A DNA stretch of 64,000 bases from NCBI GenBank assembly GCA_902573115.1, contig CACGIM010000002.1, forward strand, positions 11,649 through 75,648, in the 5' to 3' direction. This DNA is from an uncultured Candidatus Poseidoniales archaeon (GTDB lineage: Archaea > Thermoplasmatota > Poseidoniia > Poseidoniales > Thalassarchaeaceae). Position numbers and translations under genes: made by a program. This document shows, piece after piece, positions 40,070-49,090 of this stretch (position 1 is its first letter; the number at the start of each line of letters is the position of its first letter). The notes below the pieces were generated by a model. The model had not been told where the DNA came from, ran no database searches, and saw only the letters and a program-made list of their open reading frames with translations.

Positions 40070-40258
40070 CTAATATCAATTAACCTTAGAAAAAGGGAAA
40101 AAATAACACGGCTAGAGACAACGCGACTATGACTCCGATCGCTCTAACTAGGAATCTGAATACGGATTCAAGGACCATTCCACTGTAGGGTTCACGGCTT
40201 TTCCTAACATACACCCTTTTAGGCTGATCTTCATCCATATCGATGACCTCCTTTTAGA

Positions 40259-41032
40259 TTAGTCTCTCTTCATTTGGAAGATCGGTATTGGAGACATCTT
40301 GTGTTTATTTTCCTCGTTGAACCTTCGATATATCCCTAGCACTTCTAATTCTCTTGAAGATAGATTATGGGTGGATTTAGATTCTTCAACTGACATTGCC
40401 CACTCCAACTCGGAGTATGATGCTCCCATCTGATCCTCGTCTGTTCTCCCATCATCCCACAGACCATCGGTTGGGGGTGCCTCCAAAATTTGCTTCAATA
40501 TTCCAAGCCCCTCGCCCAATGAGTAGACTTCGGATTTGTAAAGATCGGCGATTGGAGATATGTCAACGCCACCATCACCATACTTAGTAAAGAATCCAAC
40601 TCCGAAGTCTTCTACCCTGTTTCCTGTCCCAACTACGATTCCATCATTAGACCCGGCTATTGCATAGAGAGTGGCCATTCGCAGTCTAGCCCTTGAATTA
40701 GCAAGAGCTAGATCTGTTATTTTATTGCCTTTTAGATCGTCCCTGAAGCTATCGAATGAGGATGTCAAATCCACCTCACGTGCATCAATGTTCGGCCATT
40801 TTGCCTGCAACCATTCAATGTGGTTTTTTGATAGGTCATACTGAGACTGGTCTTGGTATATTGGCATGTTCAATACTATAGTTTCCATCCCAGTATTAGC
40901 ACACAATGTCGAAGTGACTGCCGAGTCGATACCTCCAGAGGCCCCAACAACGAGAGTTTTGATTGAGTTCTTTTCGGTATACTGACGGATCCAAGAAGAG
41001 ATATCCTGCGCTACTTGCAGCCATTCAGTCAT
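40259..41032 (-). CDS. nadE: NH3-dependent NAD+ synthetase
   Basis: PP-loop VVGASGGIDSAV. Pattern fits the NadE family. Confidence 0.8.
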   Translation of the reverse strand: MTEWLQVAQDISSWIRQYTEKNSIKTLVVGASGGIDSAVTSTLCANTGMETIVLNMPIYQDQSQYDLSKNHIEWLQAKWPNIDAREVDLTSSFDSFRDDLKGNKITDLALANSRARLRMATLYAIAGSNDGIVVGTGNRVEDFGVGFFTKYGDGGVDISPIADLYKSEVYSLGEGLGILKQILEAPPTDGLWDDGRTDEDQMGASYSELEWAMSVEESKSTHNLSSRELEVLGIYRRFNEENKHKMSPIPIFQMKRD

Positions 41033-41041
41033 TTCAATACC

Positions 41042-41707
41042 TCAGTGACAAGCCACACCGTACTTCTTTAGCCTCCAATAGTTGTAAGGCCATGGGGTAA
41101 TGAATCCTGCAACTAGCATAGGTACAATAACCCACCAAGTCAGCTTGGCTCCACCGGTCAAGACTAAGTCTACGGCGTTCATTGCCGCCTCCATTGAAAT
41201 CATGGAAATTAGAGACATCCCGATAGCGACTCTGAAGGCTTCATTTAAGGCCATTTGAGCTGATAGGATAATGGTCTCAAGAGCTATAGAGGTCAGGATC
41301 CCATTGAACATTGCCAGTGCCATGATCATCATCGGGGTCCAGCCGGATTCGGTGAAAATGAACTGAAATGCCGCAATGGTTCCAAAGTCTCCGATACTGC
41401 AGCCGAGTAGGCACCATTTGGTATTGTGAGCGGATTGTCTCCAAACACTCCCATCCCGCCAATGGAATTCTTCCCCCAAGCCATCCACAGTATATCCAGC
41501 AGATCTTACCGCACTGCTCAAATCCGTTCTAGAGATTCCATCATGACTTACCTCTGCAAAACCCTGATTGTGGTCAACGACGGCAGAGACAACCCCCGAC
41601 AGTTGCTCAATAGCTGCCTTTACGTTGTTGGAGCAGCCATCGCATGTCATGCCCCCGACGTCTAAACGAGTCGTCTCGGGCATAGACTGAACTGATGCAT
41701 AGGGCAT
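41042..41707 (-). CDS. Heavy-metal-associated (HMA) domain fused to a small integral membrane domain
   Basis: N-terminal GMTCDGC metal-binding motif. The C-terminal half has a CLLGCSIGDFG motif and 3-4 TM. Confidence 0.55.
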   Translation of the reverse strand: MPYASVQSMPETTRLDVGGMTCDGCSNNVKAAIEQLSGVVSAVVDHNQGFAEVSHDGISRTDLSSAVRSAGYTVDGLGEEFHWRDGSVWRQSAHNTKWCLLGCSIGDFGTIAAFQFIFTESGWTPMMIMALAMFNGILTSIALETIILSAQMALNEAFRVAIGMSLISMISMEAAMNAVDLVLTGGAKLTWWVIVPMLVAGFITPWPYNYWRLKKYGVACH

Positions 41708-41785
41708 TTTAACTCTTGCAATTTCTATTTCAAAAACTCAAACGGTCCCCTCAAGTTCAATACAAAGCCATAGGTCGGTGGGCCG

Positions 41786-44700
41786 ATGAGCGTGCCTGTT
41801 TCTCCTGGTGACCTTGACCCGGTTTCTCTCGAAGGGTCGATCGTAAAGAAATGGGAAGAGGAGGGTACATTCTCTGAGTCGATAAACTCAAGGAAGAATT
41901 CTGGAGTGCCTTTCACATTTCTGGAAGGACCGCCTACGGCCAATGGAAAGCCAGGAATTCATCACGTTCTTTCCAGGTTGTTCAAGGACATGGTCTGTCG
42001 ATGGAAGTCAATGGAGGGGCATGTTGTGGAGCGGAAAGGAGGTTGGGATACCCATGGTCTTCCTGTGGAAATTGAAGTCCAGAAACAACTGAGCCTGATG
42101 TCGAACGAAGCTATCGAAAAGTTCGGGATGGAAGAGTTTAATCAGAAGTGCAAGGAGAGTGTGTGGACTTACGAAGAAGCTTGGAGAGAAATGACAGAGA
42201 GGATGGGATTCTGGGTCGATATGGAAGATCCTTACGTCACTCTGCATGACGAATATATCGAGTCCGCCTGGTGGTCGTTGAAACAGATGTTCGAAAAGGG
42301 GTTGCTATTCAGAGGGCACAAAGTTCTACCATACTGCCCCCAAACAGGAACCAGCTATTCCACACATGAAGTTTCACAGGGATACAAAGAAGTCTCTGAG
42401 CCAGCTGTTTTTGTAAAGTTTCGAATCGAAGGCGATGACGCCTCGGTCTTAGCATGGACTACAACTCCTTGGACTCTGCCCGGCAATGTTGGACTGGCTG
42501 TTGGGCCGGAGGTAACCTATTGCAGAGTTAGGATAACAGAGCCTCCTTCAGACTCTTGGGAAGGAAGAGGTGGAGCACAAGTTGGCGAAGAGCTGATTCT
42601 CGCAAAGGATCTAATCGGAAGCGTACTTAGAAACCACGCAGAAGTAATCGAGGAGTTCAACGGCTCAGATCTCGTTGGAAAGGCATACTCGCCCCTTTTT
42701 CCAGGGGCTGTGGAGAAGGGCAACTCACAGACCGCGTGGACAATTGTTGCTGCAGACTTTGTGACAACTACAGATGGTACAGGAGTTGTCCACACGGCAG
42801 TGATGTACGGAGAGGATGATTACAGGTTAGGTATGGAGGTTGGTTTCCCTGCGCAGCACACCGTAGGAATGGATGGTGCCTTCCTTGAGGGTGTACATGA
42901 ATCTCTGGATGGCAGATATGTGAAAGATTGCGATGACAGGATAATCGATCTTTTAGACTCGCAAGGGCTTCTTTACAGGGAGCACGAGTACACTCATGAC
43001 TACCCTCATTGTTGGAGAACAGACCATCCTCTTCTCTACTACGCGATGGACAGCTGGTTTGTTAGGATGACAGCCGTTAAGGACCAGATACTAGATCACA
43101 ATGCCAGTGTGGAATGGGCACCTGAATGGACAGGAACCAAGAGAATGGGAGAATGGCTATCCAACATCAAGGATTGGGCTATTAGCCGTGAACGGTACTG
43201 GGGAACCCCGATTCCTGTCTGGATCTGCCCGGACTGCGGAACGGAACATTGTGTTGGGAGTATCGAGGAGATGAGCTCGATGAAGACAGAATCCTCCCCA
43301 ATCCCACCAGAGCTCCATAGGCCGTATGTAGATGATGTCAGGCTCTTGTGCCCTCAGAAGGGCTGCTCAGGCGAGATGATTAGGGAACCCTACGTCATGG
43401 ATTGCTGGTTCGACTCAGGCTGTGCCTCTTTTGCCCAATGGCACTACCCATTTGAGAACGAGGAGCTCTTTGAGGGGTCGTTCCCGGTTGACTACATTTG
43501 CGAGGCTGTGGATCAAACAAGAGGGTGGTTTTACTCACTCCTGGCAGTTTCTACCTCTGTATTTGACCAACCGTGCTTCCGGAGATGCCTCTCTCTTGGG
43601 CATATTTTAGACAAAGACGGTAAGAAGATGAGCAAGTCTAGGGGGAATGTGGTAGATCCATGGAATCATTTCAACAAAGAAGGTGCTGACTCAATCAGAT
43701 GGTACATGACCACCCAAAGTGCACCATGGTCACCTACAAATTTTGATCCGAATGGAGTAAGAGAATCCTATGCAAAGATGTTCTTGACATTATGGAACGT
43801 GTATCGCTTCCATGCAGACTATGCTGCTCTGGATGGATTTGACCCTGAAGACGGTTCTGGATTCGTAGAGGTGACTGAAAGAAGTTCTTTGGATAGGTGG
43901 GTGCTATCAAAGTTAACCGATATGGCGGATAGCTATCACTCCAGCTTCGTTTCTTGGGACTTCCACAAGGCAGGCAGAGGATTGGAGGACTTCGTTGTAA
44001 ATGATCTATCGAACTGGTATGTACGTAGATCTAGGAGAAGGTTGTGGGATGAGGCCGACAGTAAGGACAAAAGGGCTTGCCAGCACACATTACACGAGGT
44101 CTTACTAATCGTTTGCAGACTAATGTCCCCGGTATCTCCTTTCATGCCCGATCATATACACAGAGAGCTAACCGGATCATCAGTACACTTAGCAGATTGG
44201 CCAGTGGGCTCAGATATAGTTGAAAGATCCCTACCCCCGAGGGACTTGATTCTTGAACAGGAGATGACGCTAGTCAGGTCTCTTGCAGAGGCGGGAAGAA
44301 GAATTCGAGTGGAGTCGGGCAGAAGGCAGAGGCTCCCCTGCAGGACTGGTTGGGTGATCGGCGGACCTGACATTTCCCGTTTCAGTGATATTCTGGCAGA
44401 GGAACTTAATGTCGAACATTTGTACTCTGAGGAGGATCTTGATTCCTTCCAAAGAGTGGTGCTAGAGCCAAACAGAAAGGTGTTAGGTGGAAAATGCCGA
44501 TCAGACTTACCAGCAGTTCTTGAAGAGCTCTACGAATCTGATCCCGAATCACTGCTATTGGAGATAGAAGCGGGAATCGCGGCTTTAGCTGGATATGAGA
44601 TAACAATTGAAGACATTGAAATCAGGAGAGTCGAAAAGGAGGGGTTTGCGGCCCAGACATTATCTCTGGAGGAAGGAGATGTGTCCATAGTTTTGGACAT

Positions 44701-44968
44701 GCACACTGATGAAGATCTCTTGTCCAAGGGCATAGCAAGAGACATAACCCGTAGGGTCCAAGCAAAGAGGAAAGAGCTTGACCTACGAGTGGAAGATACA
44801 ATCAACTTGTCAGTGTGGGTATATGGCGTGACCCTGAATCAGGAAGACTGGCAGCACGTGATTTCAGAAACAAGGGCTGGCGAGAGTTCACTAAACAAAG
44901 GGGATCCTAAATCTGATTTTGACAACTTTGAAATTGATGGTAGCAACATCTCTTTCCAGATTCGGTGA
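41786..44968 (+). CDS. ileS: Isoleucyl-tRNA synthetase
   Basis: HIGH-type motif PTANGKPGIHH and KMSKS motif, about 1060 aa. Confidence 0.9.
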   Translation: MSVPVSPGDLDPVSLEGSIVKKWEEEGTFSESINSRKNSGVPFTFLEGPPTANGKPGIHHVLSRLFKDMVCRWKSMEGHVVERKGGWDTHGLPVEIEVQKQLSLMSNEAIEKFGMEEFNQKCKESVWTYEEAWREMTERMGFWVDMEDPYVTLHDEYIESAWWSLKQMFEKGLLFRGHKVLPYCPQTGTSYSTHEVSQGYKEVSEPAVFVKFRIEGDDASVLAWTTTPWTLPGNVGLAVGPEVTYCRVRITEPPSDSWEGRGGAQVGEELILAKDLIGSVLRNHAEVIEEFNGSDLVGKAYSPLFPGAVEKGNSQTAWTIVAADFVTTTDGTGVVHTAVMYGEDDYRLGMEVGFPAQHTVGMDGAFLEGVHESLDGRYVKDCDDRIIDLLDSQGLLYREHEYTHDYPHCWRTDHPLLYYAMDSWFVRMTAVKDQILDHNASVEWAPEWTGTKRMGEWLSNIKDWAISRERYWGTPIPVWICPDCGTEHCVGSIEEMSSMKTESSPIPPELHRPYVDDVRLLCPQKGCSGEMIREPYVMDCWFDSGCASFAQWHYPFENEELFEGSFPVDYICEAVDQTRGWFYSLLAVSTSVFDQPCFRRCLSLGHILDKDGKKMSKSRGNVVDPWNHFNKEGADSIRWYMTTQSAPWSPTNFDPNGVRESYAKMFLTLWNVYRFHADYAALDGFDPEDGSGFVEVTERSSLDRWVLSKLTDMADSYHSSFVSWDFHKAGRGLEDFVVNDLSNWYVRRSRRRLWDEADSKDKRACQHTLHEVLLIVCRLMSPVSPFMPDHIHRELTGSSVHLADWPVGSDIVERSLPPRDLILEQEMTLVRSLAEAGRRIRVESGRRQRLPCRTGWVIGGPDISRFSDILAEELNVEHLYSEEDLDSFQRVVLEPNRKVLGGKCRSDLPAVLEELYESDPESLLLEIEAGIAALAGYEITIEDIEIRRVEKEGFAAQTLSLEEGDVSIVLDMHTDEDLLSKGIARDITRRVQAKRKELDLRVEDTINLSVWVYGVTLNQEDWQHVISETRAGESSLNKGDPKSDFDNFEIDGSNISFQIR

Positions 44969-45009
44969 TGTGGCCCTTATTCTAGTCAAAATTGTGGCAA
45001 TTGATGGAG

Positions 45010-46437
45010 TCACATGTCCTGAACATAGGACTGAGGGAGCTGCATTTCTAAGCCGAACAAAGGGTCGGGGTCTGTTGAGTCGTGATAAGCGATAAATGAA
45101 CCCCCGTCTGGTAAAATCCCCATACTTGCAAAGTCGAACCTTATGTCATTCCCAGCACCGGAGGTCGAATCTAAATCTCCTTGTCCTAGGTAGGTGATAA
45201 TATCCGGTTCCAAGTTTTCGGAGAAGCCTCTGACATGGTAGGCAACATCCACATCAGGCCCCTCGGCGCTCTGGAATCTGACATTTAGAACAAACAGGTC
45301 GTGAACACCGCTAGAGTGAAACTCCCACTCCTCTATATCAGTAGCCCTTTCGGAGAGATTGTAAGTCTGGTTATTCCATGTCTCACCCCCATCCCATGAA
45401 AGCATGTGCGTCAGGGAATTTCCAGCAGAACTCACACAGTGCAGCGCAGTAGAAGAGTCAAATGCGCAGTACTGAGATGGGAGGGAGGATCCATTCATAG
45501 TGACGCCAGTCCACCAGTTCAGAGAAGTGTCAAGATATGCATCACTCCCGTCAATGAAGTAATTCGGGAAATAAAGTCCTCCGGAAGGGACTGGAAAAGC
45601 TCTCATTTCCTTATGTGGCTTGGTAAAGTCCCACTCCTGACCCAAATCCTGAGGATTTAAGTCGACCTCCATGATATCGAGGTTCTCGTCTCTATCTGGG
45701 AAGCCAAAATAGTCGTAGTTCAAACCGTCGGTCGAAAGTTGTCCACCCACGTTTTGGACTTGATGCCAAAAGTTGGAAATTACCAAACTTGCCCAAGGTC
45801 CGTTCCCGTACAAACCCCCATTTATTGGGCCGACAATCTCTACCTGCCAAGACCGATCATAGAACGGTTCTGGAGTCCTGTTGAAGCACCAACTCCACTC
45901 AGCATCCTCGGCATCGTAAAAGAATGCGTAGAACTGGTCCGCACCACTAGTGCTTGGATATGGGAACCACCCCATTGAGATCAAGTCCCCGTTCGTTGCC
46001 TGAACGATGCTACCCTCTCCCAAGCCCTCTTGCCCGGGAACGGTTGGTTTCCACTCCCTGCATCCAAGCTGGGAGAAAATCGTTGGCCTGTATTCTTGCC
46101 AGGTTAATCCTCGATCCTCCGACCATGTAGGATACTCCCCCCCAAAGTTGAGTATCCAACCCTCCTTGGTGGCTGCTAGATAGTGCTCGCAGCAGTTCCC
46201 ACCATGCTCATTTCCGAAAACAGTCCATGTCGCGTTACCCCAAGTCTGGTTTTGAAGTGGGTCTGCTACTGTGAAATTTCTTGTATCCTCGTGTGAACTG
46301 GGGTCAATTAGGTAATACCCATCGTCCCAATTTATTGATTCATCGGAGGGAATTACTTCCTCTAAACAACCCGGCAAAATGACAAGAAATGCAATTGTCA
46401 GAGAGGCTAGGGCTCTGGTGGGAACGCCCGGAAGCAT
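45010..46437 (-). CDS. Secreted lipoprotein with BNR/Asp-box repeats (sialidase-like beta-propeller)
   Basis: Lipobox LPGC. Asp-boxes SEDRGLTW and SWDGGETW. Confidence 0.5.
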   Translation of the reverse strand: MLPGVPTRALASLTIAFLVILPGCLEEVIPSDESINWDDGYYLIDPSSHEDTRNFTVADPLQNQTWGNATWTVFGNEHGGNCCEHYLAATKEGWILNFGGEYPTWSEDRGLTWQEYRPTIFSQLGCREWKPTVPGQEGLGEGSIVQATNGDLISMGWFPYPSTSGADQFYAFFYDAEDAEWSWCFNRTPEPFYDRSWQVEIVGPINGGLYGNGPWASLVISNFWHQVQNVGGQLSTDGLNYDYFGFPDRDENLDIMEVDLNPQDLGQEWDFTKPHKEMRAFPVPSGGLYFPNYFIDGSDAYLDTSLNWWTGVTMNGSSLPSQYCAFDSSTALHCVSSAGNSLTHMLSWDGGETWNNQTYNLSERATDIEEWEFHSSGVHDLFVLNVRFQSAEGPDVDVAYHVRGFSENLEPDIITYLGQGDLDSTSGAGNDIRFDFASMGILPDGGSFIAYHDSTDPDPLFGLEMQLPQSYVQDM

Positions 46438-46477
46438 AAACCTCGTATGTGTCGGTGATATATCGCACTTTCACAAC

Positions 46478-47911
46478 TCATTTCAGACGCCAAGTGACTC
46501 CGTCGGACCCATCTTCGACTATAACTCCGGCCTTAGATAACTCATTTCTAATCTCGTCCGCTCGAGCCCAGTCCTTGGAAGCCCTCGCCTTTTCCCTCTC
46601 CGAGAGGAGCCCCTCCACCATTGGTGCAATCTCTGAGAGTTTACCCTCGGAGCTTTTCATTGTAGAGAGGACTCCGGTGTCTTCAGGAAGTAGTCCTAGA
46701 ACCTCTCCTGCGTACTCACCTATCCATCCTGTGCACTCACCGATTTCTTCTTCCTTGTCTCCAGAATCCAAGAGAAATCTGAGCCTCTTAGTCACGGACT
46801 GTACCTCGACCAGTGCTGTCCTTGTGTTAAAGTCGTCATTCATCCCTTTTTTTAGGCTTTTAGAACATTCTAACAGAAATTTATTTTCCCTCCAATCCAT
46901 TTTCCCAACGGTGGAAAGACCTTCGCCGTAGCATGTTATTAATCTGCTGTGGTGTGACTTTGCATCTTCCAGCATCACTTGATTAAAATCCATTGGCTGC
47001 CTGTAGGGTGCGTTAATTAGGGAATATCTTAGAACTAGGGGGTCAATCTTCTCAAGGGCATCTGATATGGTCCAGAAATTACCCAGAGACTTGCTCATTT
47101 TCTCTCCTTCGACATTAATCATTCCATTATGGATCCAGTATTGTACAACTGGATCGTGGCCCAGACAACACTCTGACTGGAATATCTCAGCTTCGTGGTG
47201 AGGGAAAATCAAATCTGACCCGCCGCCGTGGATGTCGAACCTCTCGCCGAGATGCTTCAGAGACATGGCAGAACACTCAATATGCCACCCTGGTCTACCA
47301 GGCCCCCAAGGGCTATCCCAAGATGGCTCTCCTGGCTTTGCCATCTTCCATAGAGCGAAATCTCTGTGGTCTCTCTTTCCAGACCCAGTCTTATCCACTC
47401 TCCCACCAGCTCCAGCTCGAACCATTTCTAACGTTTGACCAGTAAGCTGTCCGTACTTCCCAGGAGATGTTTCAATCTCGAAGTATACACCATCCCCCCC
47501 TTGGTATGCATGCCCCTTCTCAACAAGATCGGAAACCATAGCGATGATTTCAGGAATAGTCTCTGTGACCCTAGGATAGGCATCCGCACGAATCACATTT
47601 AATGCGTCCATACAATTGAAGTAATCAGAAATATATCTGTTTGCGAGCTCTAGGAAGTCAATGCCTTCCTCATTAGCGGCAGAGATTATTTTATCATCGA
47701 CGTCAGTAAAGTTGGTTATGTAATTGACCATGTATCCGCTCTTCCTGAGCCATCTGACTATTATATCGAAAGATATAGCCTGCCTTGCGTGCCCTATGTG
47801 ACTGGGAGAGTAAGGAGTTATTCCGCATGCATATAGCCCCAATTTTCCCTCCTCTAAAGGAACAAGGTCTCTTTTTGACCTTGATCTTGTGTCGTATACC
47901 CTCTGTGTCAC
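46478..47911 (-). CDS. cysS: Cysteinyl-tRNA synthetase
   Basis: CGITPYSPSHIGHAR (HIGH) and KMSKSLGN motifs. Confidence 0.9.
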   Translation of the reverse strand: MTQRVYDTRSRSKRDLVPLEEGKLGLYACGITPYSPSHIGHARQAISFDIIVRWLRKSGYMVNYITNFTDVDDKIISAANEEGIDFLELANRYISDYFNCMDALNVIRADAYPRVTETIPEIIAMVSDLVEKGHAYQGGDGVYFEIETSPGKYGQLTGQTLEMVRAGAGGRVDKTGSGKRDHRDFALWKMAKPGEPSWDSPWGPGRPGWHIECSAMSLKHLGERFDIHGGGSDLIFPHHEAEIFQSECCLGHDPVVQYWIHNGMINVEGEKMSKSLGNFWTISDALEKIDPLVLRYSLINAPYRQPMDFNQVMLEDAKSHHSRLITCYGEGLSTVGKMDWRENKFLLECSKSLKKGMNDDFNTRTALVEVQSVTKRLRFLLDSGDKEEEIGECTGWIGEYAGEVLGLLPEDTGVLSTMKSSEGKLSEIAPMVEGLLSEREKARASKDWARADEIRNELSKAGVIVEDGSDGVTWRLK

Positions 47912-47938
47912 TGGACTGGTGGAGGGGAGTTCCCAACA

Positions 47939-48640
47939 TCAACCCCTCGCCGTTTCTACAAACTTTGTGAACAATGGGTCATGATCAATTCTCTCAGGGT
48001 GCCATTGAACACCGAGGCAGAATCTTTTGTCGTCCCTTTCTACGGCCTCTATGAGGCCATCGTGCTCTGCGATGGCTGATATTGAGAGTGAACCAGGGTC
48101 GGATACTCCTTGATGATGTGCTGAATTTACCACTACTGATTTCCCCATTAGGCTATGCAGTAGGGATCCCTCGACTACCTCCACACCATGATCTGAGGTT
48201 CCTCCGTCAAATGCCCCATGACCCTCGTGACCTGGTGTTGTGTCCAGATGCTGATACATGGACCCCCCATGAGCAACACTAAGGATTTGCATACCCCTAC
48301 ATATTCCCAGGATTGGCATATCCCTTTCCAATGCGCCACGGATCAATCCAAGCTCGGCATCATCCTGCTCTTGGAAAAACTCCTTTGTCATTTCTTCCGG
48401 TTCTTGGTCGTAGTTAGACGGAGATATATCTGGGCCACCTGAAACTAATAATCCTTCAATACTGTCAAGAATCCGAGTCATGTCCCCTGCTGGCGGAATA
48501 ATTAATGGGATCCCACCCGCTTTGTTGATTACTGATATGTATGCGGATGGGAGTACGGCTGCATGTCTCTCCCAATCACCAAATGCAGTGCTAACAACCG
48601 TGTCTCGAATGAAGCAAGTGATGCCGATAACTGGCTTCAT
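47939..48640 (-). CDS. Gamma-glutamyl hydrolase-like class I glutamine amidotransferase (peptidase C26, PuuD-like)
   Basis: Nucleophile elbow LGICRGMQ and His/Glu pair QWHPE. Confidence 0.7.
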   Translation of the reverse strand: MKPVIGITCFIRDTVVSTAFGDWERHAAVLPSAYISVINKAGGIPLIIPPAGDMTRILDSIEGLLVSGGPDISPSNYDQEPEEMTKEFFQEQDDAELGLIRGALERDMPILGICRGMQILSVAHGGSMYQHLDTTPGHEGHGAFDGGTSDHGVEVVEGSLLHSLMGKSVVVNSAHHQGVSDPGSLSISAIAEHDGLIEAVERDDKRFCLGVQWHPERIDHDPLFTKFVETARG

Positions 48641-49041
48641 TCATACACCGCCGACTCCCGGACAAGGCGGGCATGCCTGAAAGACATCACCCCAATCACT
48701 ATGAATGAAATCCCACCTATTAATAGGAATAAGTGGGAGATTATAGCGAGTCCTGACATGTCAGACCACCCAACTGCTAATCTCGCCCCTCCTAGCGCCA
48801 TCGCTAGAGCTAGAAGCATTGATGCGTGCATGTAATGGTGCCTGTTGGCATCATTAATTTGGGACAATACGCCCAAAATTATCATTGGAAGTCCCATAAA
48901 TGCTGGAATTAATGCAGTGACCGATGGTGGGTCAGCTGACTGGACAAAATAAGCTAAAGCGCCCCAACCGGAAAGTATTGATCCTTGAATGATTGCTATC
49001 CTAGGGACTGTCTGGCCCATCATGGTGAATTGCTCTGCCAT
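48637..49041 (-). CDS. Small 4-TM membrane protein, co-transcribed with the C26 amidotransferase
   Basis: 4-nt overlap with the upstream gene. Hydrophobic. Confidence 0.35.
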   Translation of the reverse strand: MAEQFTMMGQTVPRIAIIQGSILSGWGALAYFVQSADPPSVTALIPAFMGLPMIILGVLSQINDANRHHYMHASMLLALAMALGGARLAVGWSDMSGLAIISHLFLLIGGISFIVIGVMSFRHARLVRESAVYE

Positions 49042-49090
49042 AACTACGGGCTATGCTAATGACTTATGATAATCGCTATCATGAGCTCTG

